Source: Solirubrobacterales bacterium (lineage in GTDB: Bacteria > Actinomycetota > Thermoleophilia > Solirubrobacterales > JBBDJG01). From it: a stretch of 64,000 nt of DNA. The position numbers and the translations under genes were made by a program. The notes beneath the pieces were generated by a model that was not told where the DNA came from, made no database searches, and saw only the letters and a program-made list of their open reading frames with translations. Every line of letters starts with the position of its first letter. Within the stretch, counting starts at the first letter, position 1. The stretch is taken from contig JBBQKG010000017.1 in the NCBI GenBank assembly GCA_038326655.1, forward strand, positions 948 through 64,947. Reading direction: 5' to 3'. This document shows positions 1 to 11,412 of this stretch, piece by piece.

Positions 1-708
1 CACCGCCGCGTGCTCTGGATGCGGTTCCCGCTGGCCAACCTGAAGGAGATCAAGAACGCCCTCGGCGGGACCGTGAACGATGTCTTCCTGGCGCTCGTCT
101 CAGGTGCGCTCGCGCGCACGCTGAAGCGCCGCGGCGTTCGCACGGAGGGGCTCGAGCTGCGCGGGATCGTGCCGGTCTCGATCCGCGCGGATGCCCAGCG
201 CGGCGCGCTCGGCAACCGGATCACCGCGATGCTCGGCCCGCTGCCGGTCTATGCCACCGACCCGGTCGAGCGGATGCGGATCGTGACCCGGGCGATGAAG
301 GGGTTGAAGGAGTCGAAGCAGGCCGTGGGGGCGGAGACGCTCACGCGCCTGCAGGACTTCGCCCCCCCGACGATACTCGCGCAGGCCTCGCGGCTGAACT
401 TCTCGACCCGCGCCTACAACCTGCTCGTCACGAACGTCCCCGGGCCGCAGTTCCCGTTGTACTTCATCGGGCGGCAACTGGAGGAGCTCGCGCCGGTTCC
501 GTTCCTGGCTCCCGACCGCGCGCTGGCGATCGCGATCATGAGCTACAACGGCAGCGCGGACATCGGGCTGATCGGCGACTACGACGCGATGTACGACCTC
601 GACGAGTTCGGCGACGACATCGGCGAGTCTTTGAGCGAGCTGCTCGAGGCGGCGCGGGCCGCGGCGCCGCAGAAGCGGGCGACCACACCGGTCAAGAGCA
701 GCAGTTAG
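1..708 (+). CDS. Wax ester synthase/diacylglycerol acyltransferase (WS/DGAT), 5'-truncated by window edge
   Basis: GTVNDVFLA, VPVSIR, GNRIT and NLLVTNVPGPQFPLY motifs typical of the WS/DGAT C-terminal half. Confidence 0.9.
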   Translation, partial: HRRVLWMRFPLANLKEIKNALGGTVNDVFLALVSGALARTLKRRGVRTEGLELRGIVPVSIRADAQRGALGNRITAMLGPLPVYATDPVERMRIVTRAMKGLKESKQAVGAETLTRLQDFAPPTILAQASRLNFSTRAYNLLVTNVPGPQFPLYFIGRQLEELAPVPFLAPDRALAIAIMSYNGSADIGLIGDYDAMYDLDEFGDDIGESLSELLEAARAAAPQKRATTPVKSSS

Positions 709-733
709 CTCAGCTCGCTAGGGTGGCACTCTC

Positions 734-2275
<1,542 letters not shown>

Positions 2276-2283
2276 GGAGACGG

Positions 2284-3345
2284 GTGGCGGGCTTCAGACA
2301 TGTCGCCTGGACGGCCCAGGGCACCACCCCGGCGGAGATCGAGGCGGCCCTGCGGAAGCTGCTCGTAGAGGGCCAGATGCGCTACGCCGGGCATGCGCCG
2401 GCGCGCGCGCTCAACATGGTGTGCGTCGCGGACCGGCGGTCGAGCGACGAGGTCGCTGAGCGCCTGCGCGGCGCTGGCCGCTATCTCGCTTCCCGCACGA
2501 TCGTGTGCGCGGTCGAGCCAGGTCGCGCCACGATCGATGCGACCGCGATCATCAGCGCCGGCGAGTCCGACGACCGCGACCCGACTCCGCTTCGCGAGAC
2601 CGTGATCCTCGAGCTCGGCGACCAGCACGTGCCGCGGCTGGAGGCGATCGTCGATCCGCTGGTCGTGACGGACCTGCCCACGGTGGTGTGGTCCCCGCAC
2701 GGACATCGCGACGCCGTCACCGCGCTCCTGCCCCTGGCGCAGGTCGTGCTGCTCGACTCGGTGGAGGAACACGACCTCGAAGAAGGCCTGCACCATGCCT
2801 GCGAGGTGCTCAAGTCCGCCTACGTCGTCGATCTGGCGTGGCTGCGATCGACCCCCTGGCGCGAGCGGGTCGCCGCCACCTTCGACCCTGCCGACCTGCG
2901 CCCCGAGCTGCACATGATCAGCACGGTGGCCGTTCGTCACGACCCCGAGTCCGCGGTCGCGGGCCTCCTCCTGGTCGGGTGGCTGGGCTCGCGGCTGAAC
3001 TGGGCGCTCACGCCGTTGCGAGCTCGGAACGGCGCGCTCGCAGGCATCGGGCGCGCTCAGGCCGGGGAGGTGAAGATCGCGCTCGAGCCGGTGACCCAGA
3101 ACGTGCGCGGGCTGAGCGGGCTCACGCTCGAGACCTCGAGCGGCAGGCGCCTGACCCTCGACCGCGGGCCGGGGGGCCTACGCGCGCACTACCGGAACGC
3201 TCGGGGGGACGAGCGCACCTGGACCGTGCTGGGCGCTTCCCGCGGCGAAGGCGGCATCCTGGGCGAGGGCATCCGCCAGGCGCTGCTGCGCGACCCTACC
3301 TACGGTCCCGCCGCGACGGCGGCGATGAACCTCGTCGGTCCCTAG
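2284..3345 (+). CDS. opcA: G6PDH assembly protein OpcA
   Basis: Directly after zwf; PLVVTDLPTVVW and DLAWLRSTPWRE motifs. Confidence 0.88.
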   Translation: MAGFRHVAWTAQGTTPAEIEAALRKLLVEGQMRYAGHAPARALNMVCVADRRSSDEVAERLRGAGRYLASRTIVCAVEPGRATIDATAIISAGESDDRDPTPLRETVILELGDQHVPRLEAIVDPLVVTDLPTVVWSPHGHRDAVTALLPLAQVVLLDSVEEHDLEEGLHHACEVLKSAYVVDLAWLRSTPWRERVAATFDPADLRPELHMISTVAVRHDPESAVAGLLLVGWLGSRLNWALTPLRARNGALAGIGRAQAGEVKIALEPVTQNVRGLSGLTLETSSGRRLTLDRGPGGLRAHYRNARGDERTWTVLGASRGEGGILGEGIRQALLRDPTYGPAATAAMNLVGP

Positions 3346-3740
3346 CGCAGGATCACCGGAAGGCCGGCCGCTCGCCAGGCCTGAAAGCCGCCTTCGACGT
3401 CGGTCGCGTCGAGATCGAATCGCTTGAGCGTCGCTGCGGCGAGGCTCGACTGGTAGCCCTCGTCACACATCAGGATCACGCGCCGATCGCGCCGGGCCAG
3501 CGCGGGGTCGCGATCGCCCGAGGCCGGGTCGAGACGCCATTCGAGCACGTTGCGCGCGACCACGTGCGCGCCCGGCACTTCCCCATCCCGGCCCCGCTGC
3601 GACTCCGACCTGATGTCGATCAGCAGCGCTCCGTCCTCGGCGGCCGCCTGAGCCTTGGCGGGTGACACGCGATCGAGCCCACGGCGGGCTTCCTCCAGCA
3701 GGTCTTCGACACCGACCCGATCGACCCCAGAGCCGCTCAA
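3342..3740 (-). CDS. Rhodanese-like domain protein
   Basis: LLIDIR, RNVLEWRLDP, CDEGYQSSLAA, DVEGGFQAW. TTG start overlaps the stop of the upstream gene (TTGA). Confidence 0.88.
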   Translation of the reverse strand: MSGSGVDRVGVEDLLEEARRGLDRVSPAKAQAAAEDGALLIDIRSESQRGRDGEVPGAHVVARNVLEWRLDPASGDRDPALARRDRRVILMCDEGYQSSLAAATLKRFDLDATDVEGGFQAWRAAGLPVILR

Positions 3741-4474
3741 ACTCGCTGTTCCTCCGCGCGGTACCGGGCGACCCAGTCCTCGGTGAGGTGATCGGCCTGG
3801 CGGTCGAGCGTTGGCGCCGGCACGGTGAAGGCCGGAGGCAGGTCGATCTCGAGAAAGCGCATCACCTGGACGACCGTGCCCTCGATGTCCGCGACCAGGT
3901 CCTCGTATACGACCCGCAACACCGGCGCGCGGGACTCGGCCAGGTAGCGTTCCCACGCAACCTCCTCACGCTCGATCCACTCGATCAGCGAAGCGATCTC
4001 GGCGGCGCTGTAGACGGCCTGCGTCGCGGTCGCCTCCTGCAGCGAGCTCCACCTCTCCGTTTGCGTCGCGCGCGCGAACGACACGGCCTGCCGCACGTGA
4101 TCGGCCCGCGTGATGTACACGTGATGTAGGTTCGGGAACAGCTCGCTCACGTCCCCGCCGGGGAAAGAGTCGAACAGCTGGTGGTAGTGCGCCTTGACGC
4201 CGAAGACGCCGTTCGGGCTCGTCTTCTTCGCGATCAGCGCTTCGACGTACTGCTCGAACGTGGTTACACGCCAGGCGCGCCGGAACTCGTCCATCTGATT
4301 TGCGTCGAAGTACTCGCTCGGCGCGCCGGCGAGCTCGGTGTTCGCCAGCACGTCACACAGGAGAGAGCTCCCCGAGCGCGGCAGCGAGCACACGACGAAT
4401 GACAAAGCCGGCGGCGGTGACCCCTCGAACTCGTGGTCGAACTTGTGGTGGAAGTACACGTCGAGCGTGAACAT
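3737..4474 (-). CDS. Stf0-family sulfotransferase
   Basis: CSLPRSGSSLLC PAPS-binding loop, P-x-EYF, TSPNGVFGVK, RQAVSFARATQT. Confidence 0.88.
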   Translation of the reverse strand: MFTLDVYFHHKFDHEFEGSPPPALSFVVCSLPRSGSSLLCDVLANTELAGAPSEYFDANQMDEFRRAWRVTTFEQYVEALIAKKTSPNGVFGVKAHYHQLFDSFPGGDVSELFPNLHHVYITRADHVRQAVSFARATQTERWSSLQEATATQAVYSAAEIASLIEWIEREEVAWERYLAESRAPVLRVVYEDLVADIEGTVVQVMRFLEIDLPPAFTVPAPTLDRQADHLTEDWVARYRAEEQRV

Positions 4475-4526
4475 AGTGAACCCATCGATGCTTGACACCT
4501 TGCAGGGCGATGGGTACCTTGGCCGC

Positions 4527-7500
4527 GTGGGAGGACAGAAGCTTCGCGCGGCGCCGGCGCGCGGCCCGGACGGCGCAAACGGCGCGTCGTGCGTGCGAGA
4601 AACACCCAGGATCAGCTGGCCCGAGCGGGAGCAGATCGCTGCGCGCAACCGCGCGCTCCTCGACCGCGAGCTGCGCGAGAAGCGCCTCGTCTTCGAGTCG
4701 CGCCCATACGAGGCCCACGTGCAGTTCAGCAACTTCTGCAACATGAGCTGCGTCATGTGCCTGGACGGGAACAACCCGCCGCTGAAGAAGATCTCGCCGG
4801 TCGTGCTGAAGCGCCTTCGCGAGGAGATCGCGCCCGACCTCTGTGTGATCACCCCGCACGACGGCAGCGAGCCCACGACCGTGACGTGGGACGAGACGCT
4901 GGCGCTCGTGAACGACTACAGCGTGCTGCTGTGGCTCACCACGAACGGGCAACTCTTCGACGAGGAGAAGTTTCACCAGGTGAAGGACCACGTCGAGATG
5001 ATCATCTTCTCGGTCGACAGTCACATCCCGGAGCTGTTCGAGAAGATCCGCCCCGGCGGGAAGGCGGCGATCGTCTACGAGAACCTCGAGACGACCGCGC
5101 GCCTGTGCGAGGAGCACGGAATCGAGTTCGTCGTGAACGTCGTGTTCATGACGCCGAACGCGCCGCTCATGCCGGACATGGTGGCCTGGTGCGCCGACCG
5201 CGGCGTGCAGGTCATCAACATCTTCCAGATGATCGACGTCAACCGGCACAGCTGGAACCTGGACGCGACCATGCACTTCTCGGCCGAGTACCTGGACTGG
5301 ATCAAGCATCAGTGCGTGGCGGTCGCCGAGCAGCGCCGGATGCGGCTCGGCTGGTACCTGTCGGACCACCAGTGGTTCGACTTCACCGATCCGGAGACGG
5401 CCGTGCCGCCGCGCGAGACCAGGCTCGTGAACGACCGCCGCGACTGGGCGATGCGGTTTCGCCATCCGGGTTTCTGCAAGTACGCCTACGACCGCTTCCG
5501 GCTCCGGGCGGATGGATACATCTCTCCCTGCGGGCTCGACTGCGACGGCGAGCTCGAGTGGGGGAACCTGGCGAAGCAGCCGTTCGAGGAGCTGTGGAAC
5601 GGCCCGGCCGCGCAGGACCTGCGGCGCGGCCACTACACCTGGGACTACGCGAGCATCTGCAAGAGCTGCCGGTACGTCGACCTCGTGCCGGCACAGGAAG
5701 CGCTCGGCGTCTTCTACCGCTATCTGGAGGAGGTGGGAGAGCGGCTCGAGACGCTCGCGCCGGCGCTGGCGGTCACCGCCCCGGAGCACATGACGCGCTC
5801 GGAGGCGGCCCCGCCGATCATCGTGCGCGGCCCGGACCGAGAGCTCGCCTACCAGCTCGTGATGTCGCCCGGCGGCGAGCCGGAGGACATGCAGGTGGTG
5901 GAGCTGGACCAGGCCGAAGCGTGCGATGGCGCGGTCGAGCTGCGCATCCCCGAGGCGACTTGGGAAGGCCTCGAGACCAACATCGGATACTGGTGGGCGC
6001 TGGTCGCAACGGACGGTGGCACCCCGGTCGCACGCGCGCCGGAGATGCGGTGCGTGATCCGCCACGAGCCAATCGCGCGGATCGAGAACAGCAACCTCAA
6101 CTATCCCGACGAGGGTCACTTCGCGCCGGTCTACCTGGGCGGCGACCGACAGGTGGGATGGAACGACCGGGGCGCGCTTCCGCACCGGCCGCCGCTTCGC
6201 AAGAGCTCCGCTGCGCTCGTGCCCGGCAAGCGGTTCGCAAGCCGCCGCAGGCTGCCCGCCGACACGCCGGCCGTCGGGATGACGCACGGCGCCTACCGCG
6301 AGATGGTCGGGCACGTCCGGGCCGTGATCGCCGGCGCTGTGCCCGAAGGATCGAAGGTGCTGGTCGCGACCAAGGGCGACCCCTCGCTGCTGGAGGTCGA
6401 GGGCCGCGACCTGCGCCACTTCCCCGGAGACGAGCACGGCGGATACGTGGGACATCACCCGCCGGACGACGGGTGGGCGATCGAGCAGCTCGACAAGGCG
6501 CGCGCTGCGGGCGCGCAGTTCCTGGTGATCCCGGCCTCGATGCGCTGGTGGCTCGATCACTATCGCGACTTTGCGGAGCGCCTTCGCAGCACGCGGGAGC
6601 CGATCCACGACGATCGCGAGCGCTGCACGATCTTCGACCTCCGGCCGCCAAGCGTGACCGAGCGCTTCCCGGTGGACGCGGCGGAGGTGGCCGCGCTCGC
6701 CGACGAGGTGCTCGGGTACTCCGGACACCACCGGATGGCCTTCCGCCACCTCTATGGCGGCGACGACCCGTTCCCGCGGTTCGCGCGCGACGCAGCCGGC
6801 TACGACCTGGTCGACCTCGAGGGGCGGCGGTTCGTCGACTGGGTGAATGGCGGCGGCCCGGTGATCCTCGGCTACCGGCATCCGGCGGTCACGGACGCGA
6901 TCACGGCCCAGCTGCCCGTGGGCCCGACGCTCACGCTCACCCATCCGATCGAGGTCGAGGTCGCCGCTCTGCTCACCGAGATGATCCCGAGCGCCGAGAT
7001 GGTCGCGTTCGGGAAGAACGGCTCCGACGCCCTCACGGCCGCAGTACGACTCGCGCGGGCCGCCACCGGCCGGGAGATGATCCTTCAGCATGGCGGCCAC
7101 GGCTTCCACGACTGGTGCGTGGCGGCCCACGGCGTGCCGGGTGTGCCGAAGGCGCTCGGACCACTGGTGCGCTCGTTCCCGTACAACGACGTGAAGGCGC
7201 TCGAGAGGCTCTTCGAGGAGCACGCCGGCGAGGTCGCCGCGGTCGTCATGGAGCCCGTGAGCATCGAACTCCCCGAGCCGGGCTACCTCGAGGCGGTGCG
7301 CGAGCTCGCCCACGAGCACGGCGCCCTGCTCGTCTTCGACGAGGTCATCACAGCGTTCCGGCTCGGAACCGGCGGCGCCCAGGAGCGCTTCGGCACGATG
7401 CCCGACCTGACCTGTCTGGGCAAGGCGATGGCGAACGGGATGCCGCTCTCCGCGGTGGTCGGCAAGCGCGAGTACCTGGAGCGCTTGCCGGGCCTCGCCT

Positions 7501-8321
7501 ACGGCATGACCTTCCGTGGCGAGACGCTCTCGCTGGCGGCCGCCGCCGCGGTGCTGCGCACGCTTCGCGACGTGCCAGTGGCCGAGCATCTCGCGTACAT
7601 CGGGGAGCTGGTCCGTGCCGCCTTCGACCGGGCCTGCGCGGCCACCGGGGTGCAGGCGGCGCTGCTCGGGCCGCCTGCGCGCATGACGTTCGCGCTCGCC
7701 GACGACGCCACGGTCCAGCGCGAGAAGGTGTTCGTGCTGGAGTGCGCGCGCCGCGGGATCCTCACGAACGGGAACATCCTGCCGTCGCTCGCGCACGACG
7801 AAGACGCGGTGCGCCGTACAGAGGAGGCGTTCGGGCCGGCGCTCGAGCGTGTCAAGGCGTTGACCGGTCCGGCGGGTGAAGCGGTCGAAGAGGCGGTCCG
7901 GAGGGGATTCGAGCGGTGCCGGGTCTCAGCAGGGGAGCCCGGCGACCGGCGGGCAGGCTGCCTGGACACGGCCCGCGATGACGGCGACCAGCTCTTCCTG
8001 CGCGGCTGGCTGGTGACGGGAGGCGATCAGCCGTGCGTGGTGGAGGTGAGCGGTCCCGCGGGAGCATCGCGCGTGGCCGCGCGCGCGGTGCGGCCGGACC
8101 TCGCGGAAGCGTTCCCGGACGCACGGGATGCGCTGCACGCCGGCTTCGAGGTCACGCTGCCCGCCGCCGAGTTCGTGGCAGGCGGCCGCTACGAATACGT
8201 GATCCGGGCACGGTGCGGCAACGACATCCTGTTCGAATGCCCGGTCGCGCAGGCGCCCGCGCGCAGCGCCCCGGAGCCCCGCCCGCCGTCGATCGGCGGC
8301 GACGGGACGCTCCTGCTCTAG
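4527..8321 (+). CDS. Multidomain fusion: radical SAM + Twitch/SPASM, beta-rich linker, unnamed ~110-aa domain, class III PLP aminotransferase, C-terminal RPD(L)...GF domain
   Basis: CNMSCVMC; C..GYISPC..GNL..F.ELWNG..CKSC; FGKNGSDA, FDEVITAFR, DLTCLGKAMANG. GTG 4527 lies just after a TACCTT -10-like hexamer. Confidence 0.88.
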   Translation: MGGQKLRAAPARGPDGANGASCVRETPRISWPEREQIAARNRALLDRELREKRLVFESRPYEAHVQFSNFCNMSCVMCLDGNNPPLKKISPVVLKRLREEIAPDLCVITPHDGSEPTTVTWDETLALVNDYSVLLWLTTNGQLFDEEKFHQVKDHVEMIIFSVDSHIPELFEKIRPGGKAAIVYENLETTARLCEEHGIEFVVNVVFMTPNAPLMPDMVAWCADRGVQVINIFQMIDVNRHSWNLDATMHFSAEYLDWIKHQCVAVAEQRRMRLGWYLSDHQWFDFTDPETAVPPRETRLVNDRRDWAMRFRHPGFCKYAYDRFRLRADGYISPCGLDCDGELEWGNLAKQPFEELWNGPAAQDLRRGHYTWDYASICKSCRYVDLVPAQEALGVFYRYLEEVGERLETLAPALAVTAPEHMTRSEAAPPIIVRGPDRELAYQLVMSPGGEPEDMQVVELDQAEACDGAVELRIPEATWEGLETNIGYWWALVATDGGTPVARAPEMRCVIRHEPIARIENSNLNYPDEGHFAPVYLGGDRQVGWNDRGALPHRPPLRKSSAALVPGKRFASRRRLPADTPAVGMTHGAYREMVGHVRAVIAGAVPEGSKVLVATKGDPSLLEVEGRDLRHFPGDEHGGYVGHHPPDDGWAIEQLDKARAAGAQFLVIPASMRWWLDHYRDFAERLRSTREPIHDDRERCTIFDLRPPSVTERFPVDAAEVAALADEVLGYSGHHRMAFRHLYGGDDPFPRFARDAAGYDLVDLEGRRFVDWVNGGGPVILGYRHPAVTDAITAQLPVGPTLTLTHPIEVEVAALLTEMIPSAEMVAFGKNGSDALTAAVRLARAATGREMILQHGGHGFHDWCVAAHGVPGVPKALGPLVRSFPYNDVKALERLFEEHAGEVAAVVMEPVSIELPEPGYLEAVRELAHEHGALLVFDEVITAFRLGTGGAQERFGTMPDLTCLGKAMANGMPLSAVVGKREYLERLPGLAYGMTFRGETLSLAAAAAVLRTLRDVPVAEHLAYIGELVRAAFDRACAATGVQAALLGPPARMTFALADDATVQREKVFVLECARRGILTNGNILPSLAHDEDAVRRTEEAFGPALERVKALTGPAGEAVEEAVRRGFERCRVSAGEPGDRRAGCLDTARDDGDQLFLRGWLVTGGDQPCVVEVSGPAGASRVAARAVRPDLAEAFPDARDALHAGFEVTLPAAEFVAGGRYEYVIRARCGNDILFECPVAQAPARSAPEPRPPSIGGDGTLLL

Positions 8322-8790
8322 GACGTGCTGCGTTGTCTTTCCCCCTGGCTTCCGCTCACCGAGGGCGGGCTAAATCGGTCGCTGTAGAGCAGGTCGGCGG
8401 TGAATGGCCGCAGCTCGGCGTGCGCGGCGACGATCGCGCGTATGACGCCATCGTTCGCTTCACGTAGGGCGCCCTGCCACATGCCCACGTCACCCGGGGC
8501 TATGAGATGTCGCGGATCTGGCGGCGGAAGTCCTCCAGGACGCCGCTCTCCTCGTCGACCACGGCCTGGCTGCCCTCTGCGCAAGTCCAGTGACCCTCGA
8601 CAAACATGACCTTCTGCATCGGGTCGTCGAGCGGCGCGTGCACGAGCACCGGCCGTCGTTGTTCCAGAAGCGCCTGCTCGGCGATCCGGGCCGAGCGGTT
8701 CGACGAGCGCACGGCAGAGAACGTGGCCGCGGCCAGGACCAGCGTTCCACCCGCAGTCGCCAGGGATGAGATCGTCGCCCAATCCGCCAC
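8318..8790 (-). pseudogene. Degraded hypothetical membrane-anchored protein
   Basis: MADWATISSLATAGGTLVLAAAT...DFRRQIRD stops at 8500. A protein-like continuation IAPGDVGMWQGALRE follows in another frame. Confidence 0.6.
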
Positions 8791-8829
8791 GGACTTGAAA
8801 CCAACTCAACGACGCTCGAAAGGACTGCG

Positions 8830-9262
8830 GGGTCAGCTCACGCCGGTGGCGAAGGCCTTCGCTGGCCGCGGACGCGCCGAGCGCCGCCATGATCGGGGCC
8901 GTGTCGAAGTAGCTCCGACACCTCGAGGGCATCCCGTCGGACAGGTTCCATGCGTGTGCGAAGGGCACCTCGTATTGCTCACCGGTGGCCCGCGCACGCC
9001 CACGCAGCCGCCCCAGCACCACGATCAGGTCACCCGCGTCTATGAAGTCATCCGGGTCGGCCCACTGGCCGTCGACGTGATCCCGAAAGATGGTCGCGAG
9101 TACCTCCACGCCGTCCGGGCCGTGGTGCATCCCGCCCCAAGGGACCGTATCCGGCATGATCAACTCGAAGTCATGCGTGACGTCCTTCGCGAGCTCGTCC
9201 ACGTCCCACCGCGACATGGCCTCGTAGATCCGCTGGAGCGCTTGGACCTCGAATTCAGGCAT
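8830..9262 (-). CDS. NTF2/SnoaL-like protein; native stop apparently lost, frame reads on to 8318
   Basis: PWGGMHHGPDGV, FIDAGDLIVVLG, PFAHAW, YFDT. The domain ends near aa 130, so the 3' end is approximate. Confidence 0.75.
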
Positions 9263-9364
9263 CGAGCCATCTACATAGCACGTAGCGCTCGGCTAGTTTC
9301 GTACGACTCCACGCTGACCGACGCTCACACCCTTGTCGTCGCTCGGCCGAGTCGGGCGCTCGGC

Positions 9365-9964
9365 TCAGTCGCCCCAGTAGCGCTGCTCACTCCATGGATC
9401 CCCGCGGTTGTGGTAGCCGTTCGCCTCCCAGAACCCCGGCTCGTCATGGGTGCTGACCTCGATCCCCCGCACCCACTTGGCGCTCTTCCAGAAATACAGG
9501 TGGGGGACCAGCAGCCGCGCGGGACCGCCATGCTCGGGCGCGAGAGGCTGGCCGTCGGCCGCGGTCGCGATCCAGGCCTTGCCGCCGGTCACGTCCTCGA
9601 GCGGGAGATTGGTCGTGTAGCCGCCGTCGCAGAAGGCCGTCACATAGCCACCTCCGAGCTCCTCCCCGTCGAGCAGGAGATCTACCGACACGCCCCGCCA
9701 CTCCATGTCCAGCTTCGACCACTTCGTCACGCAGTGGATGTCGCGCGTGACCGTCTCGGCCGGCAGCGCCTGGAGCTCGTCCCAGGTCCACGTCCTCGCG
9801 GGCTCCACGGCGCCGCGGAGAGAGAACGTCCATTCGTCGAGCGGGGTGCGCGGGGTCGGGCCGGCCGACAGAACAGGCCAGTCGTGCACCAGGTACTGGC
9901 CCGGCGGAAGGCGATCGCTCTGCTCACGCCGGCGCCCCCCGAAACCGCGACTGAAGATCGGCAA
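9365..9964 (-). CDS. Sulfite oxidase-like molybdopterin-dependent oxidoreductase
   Basis: LPPGQY, DIHCVTKWSK, EHGGPARL.VPHLYFWKSAKW, PGFWE.NGYH.RGDPW.EQRY. Confidence 0.9.
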   Translation of the reverse strand: MPIFSRGFGGRRREQSDRLPPGQYLVHDWPVLSAGPTPRTPLDEWTFSLRGAVEPARTWTWDELQALPAETVTRDIHCVTKWSKLDMEWRGVSVDLLLDGEELGGGYVTAFCDGGYTTNLPLEDVTGGKAWIATAADGQPLAPEHGGPARLLVPHLYFWKSAKWVRGIEVSTHDEPGFWEANGYHNRGDPWSEQRYWGD

Positions 9965-10129
9965 GCGCTCGCTCCCTAACCGCCCACAGGCCTCGGACCA
10001 GCCTTCAGCATCTCTCGCGCGTGGCTCATCAGATCGGCCGCTCCCTTGGTACTCGATCGCGGCCCGTCGGCTCGAGATTCTCGTCGAGCCTCGCCTCGAT
10101 GTCCAGCCGTGGTTGCGGAGTGCCATGAA

Positions 10130-10270
10130 TCAGCCGGCTACGGAGCGGCCCACCTCGATCTTTCCATCGCGGGCCCGAGCCTCGAATCGCGGTTGTGGGA
10201 AGACCGCGGGTCCGCCGCGTACCTTTCCGGTGCAGATGCCGAACCGCGAGCCGTGCCACAAACACCGGCC
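10130..10270 (-). pseudogene. C-terminal remnant of a Rieske [2Fe-2S] domain
   Basis: CLWHGSRFGICTGKVRGGPAVFPQPRFEARARDGKIEV matches the second Rieske box. The first CxH box and a start are missing. Confidence 0.7.
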
Positions 10271-10893
10271 TACCGCGGAGCTTCGGCTGGATCGTCTGAG
10301 CCTGGTGGGGACTCCCGGCGCCGCCGGAGACGCCTCCAGCCGAGCGCGGCACCGATCCCGAGCGCCACGACGCCCGCCCCGGCAAGCCCCAGGACCTTGA
10401 AGATGTGCTCGAAGGTCGGCCCCAGGAAGTAAGCGAGAAGGCCGACCGTGGTTGCCCAGGCGATGCCGCCGAGTGCGTTCCAGAACAGGAACACCTGCCA
10501 ACGCATGCGGTTGATCCCCGCCAGCCATGCGGCGGCGATGCGCAGACCGGCGATCCAACGCCCCAGGAATACGGCCTTCGGGCCGTGACGCTCGAAGAAT
10601 GGCTCGCCGCGCTCGAGGAATCTCCGCCGGTGTTCCTCGAGCGGCCCGGGTCTGAGCAACAAAGCGCGGCCGCCCCTGCGACCGATCAGGTAGCCGATGT
10701 TGTCTCCGGCGATCGCTGCCGCGGCAGCGATCGGGATGACAAGCTCGATCTGGAATCGCCCATGGCGGGAGAGAATCGCCGCGGTGATGAGCGCCGTCTC
10801 GCCGGGGACCGGAATCCCGGTCGACTCCCCGCCGACGAGGCCGGCGAGCGCGAGATAGCCGAGTCGGCTCGGAATCTGAATCAGGGCGAACAC
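10270..10893 (-). CDS. DedA family membrane protein
   Basis: ESTGIPVPGETAL, GDNIGYLIGR, AVFLGRWI, FLFWN. Confidence 0.92.
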   Translation of the reverse strand: MFALIQIPSRLGYLALAGLVGGESTGIPVPGETALITAAILSRHGRFQIELVIPIAAAAAIAGDNIGYLIGRRGGRALLLRPGPLEEHRRRFLERGEPFFERHGPKAVFLGRWIAGLRIAAAWLAGINRMRWQVFLFWNALGGIAWATTVGLLAYFLGPTFEHIFKVLGLAGAGVVALGIGAALGWRRLRRRRESPPGSDDPAEAPR

Positions 10894-11001
10894 GCGGGCT
10901 GAGCGAGTATCACCGTCTGCCGACGCTCCGCACCGGGGTAGCGGAACGCCGACCCCGGGCCGCGGGCTACGCTGATCTCAGTCGAAAGCTTCCCACCAAC
11001 C

Positions 11002-11291
11002 ATGAGCGCTGTCATGATCGCCGAGCTTTGGCGACGCGGCCAGGTGGGCTGGCCGCGTCGCTTCCCCATCGCGCAGTTCCCGAACCCGCCGCGCTGCTCC
11101 TCGCGTTCGCGGGGTGGGGGCTCGCCGCCGTGGCTGGTGGCACCGCACACGACGTCGGCCGCGCGGTCTTCACCGTCGGGCTCGGCGTATGGGCGTGGGA
11201 AGAGGCGGTGGGCGGCGTCAACTGGTTCCGTCGCCTCCTCGGGGTGGGGGTTTTCGTCTGGATCGTTGCCGGCCTGGCCGGCGAGCTGTGA
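11002..11291 (+). pseudogene. Small membrane protein, frameshifted near 11090
   Basis: MSAVMIAELWRRGQVGWPRRFPIAQFPNPP continues in another frame as hydrophobic LLLAFAGWGLAA...GVNWFRRLLG. Confidence 0.6.
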
Positions 11292-11412
11292 GCGCTCACG
11301 CCCGGGAGTCGATGGGAGGATCGGAGTCGATGGGCTACGGTGGCCGCTGAGTGCCCGGAGGGGATCGCGCGCACCGCAAATCCTCGGCCAAGTTCGAAAG
11401 AAAACATCAGCC

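Noticed and set aside
4353-7879. Very long alternative ORFs (1147 aa minus, 1096 aa plus) over the radical SAM fusion, and similar ones over acnA, glnA, S8 and pckG
   Set aside because: Shadow frames expected at very high GC; low-complexity or antisense composition with no motifs, while the main frame has clear family motifs
8318-9262. 314-aa ORF as a genuine SnoaL fusion protein
   Set aside because: The middle is junk-like and overlaps another gene's frame; better explained by a lost stop plus a degraded neighbour
11288-11299. GTGAGCGCTCAC, identical to the core of the symmetric lac operator
   Set aside because: It overlaps a stop codon, lacks the AATT flanks, and has no vector or LacI context; likely chance
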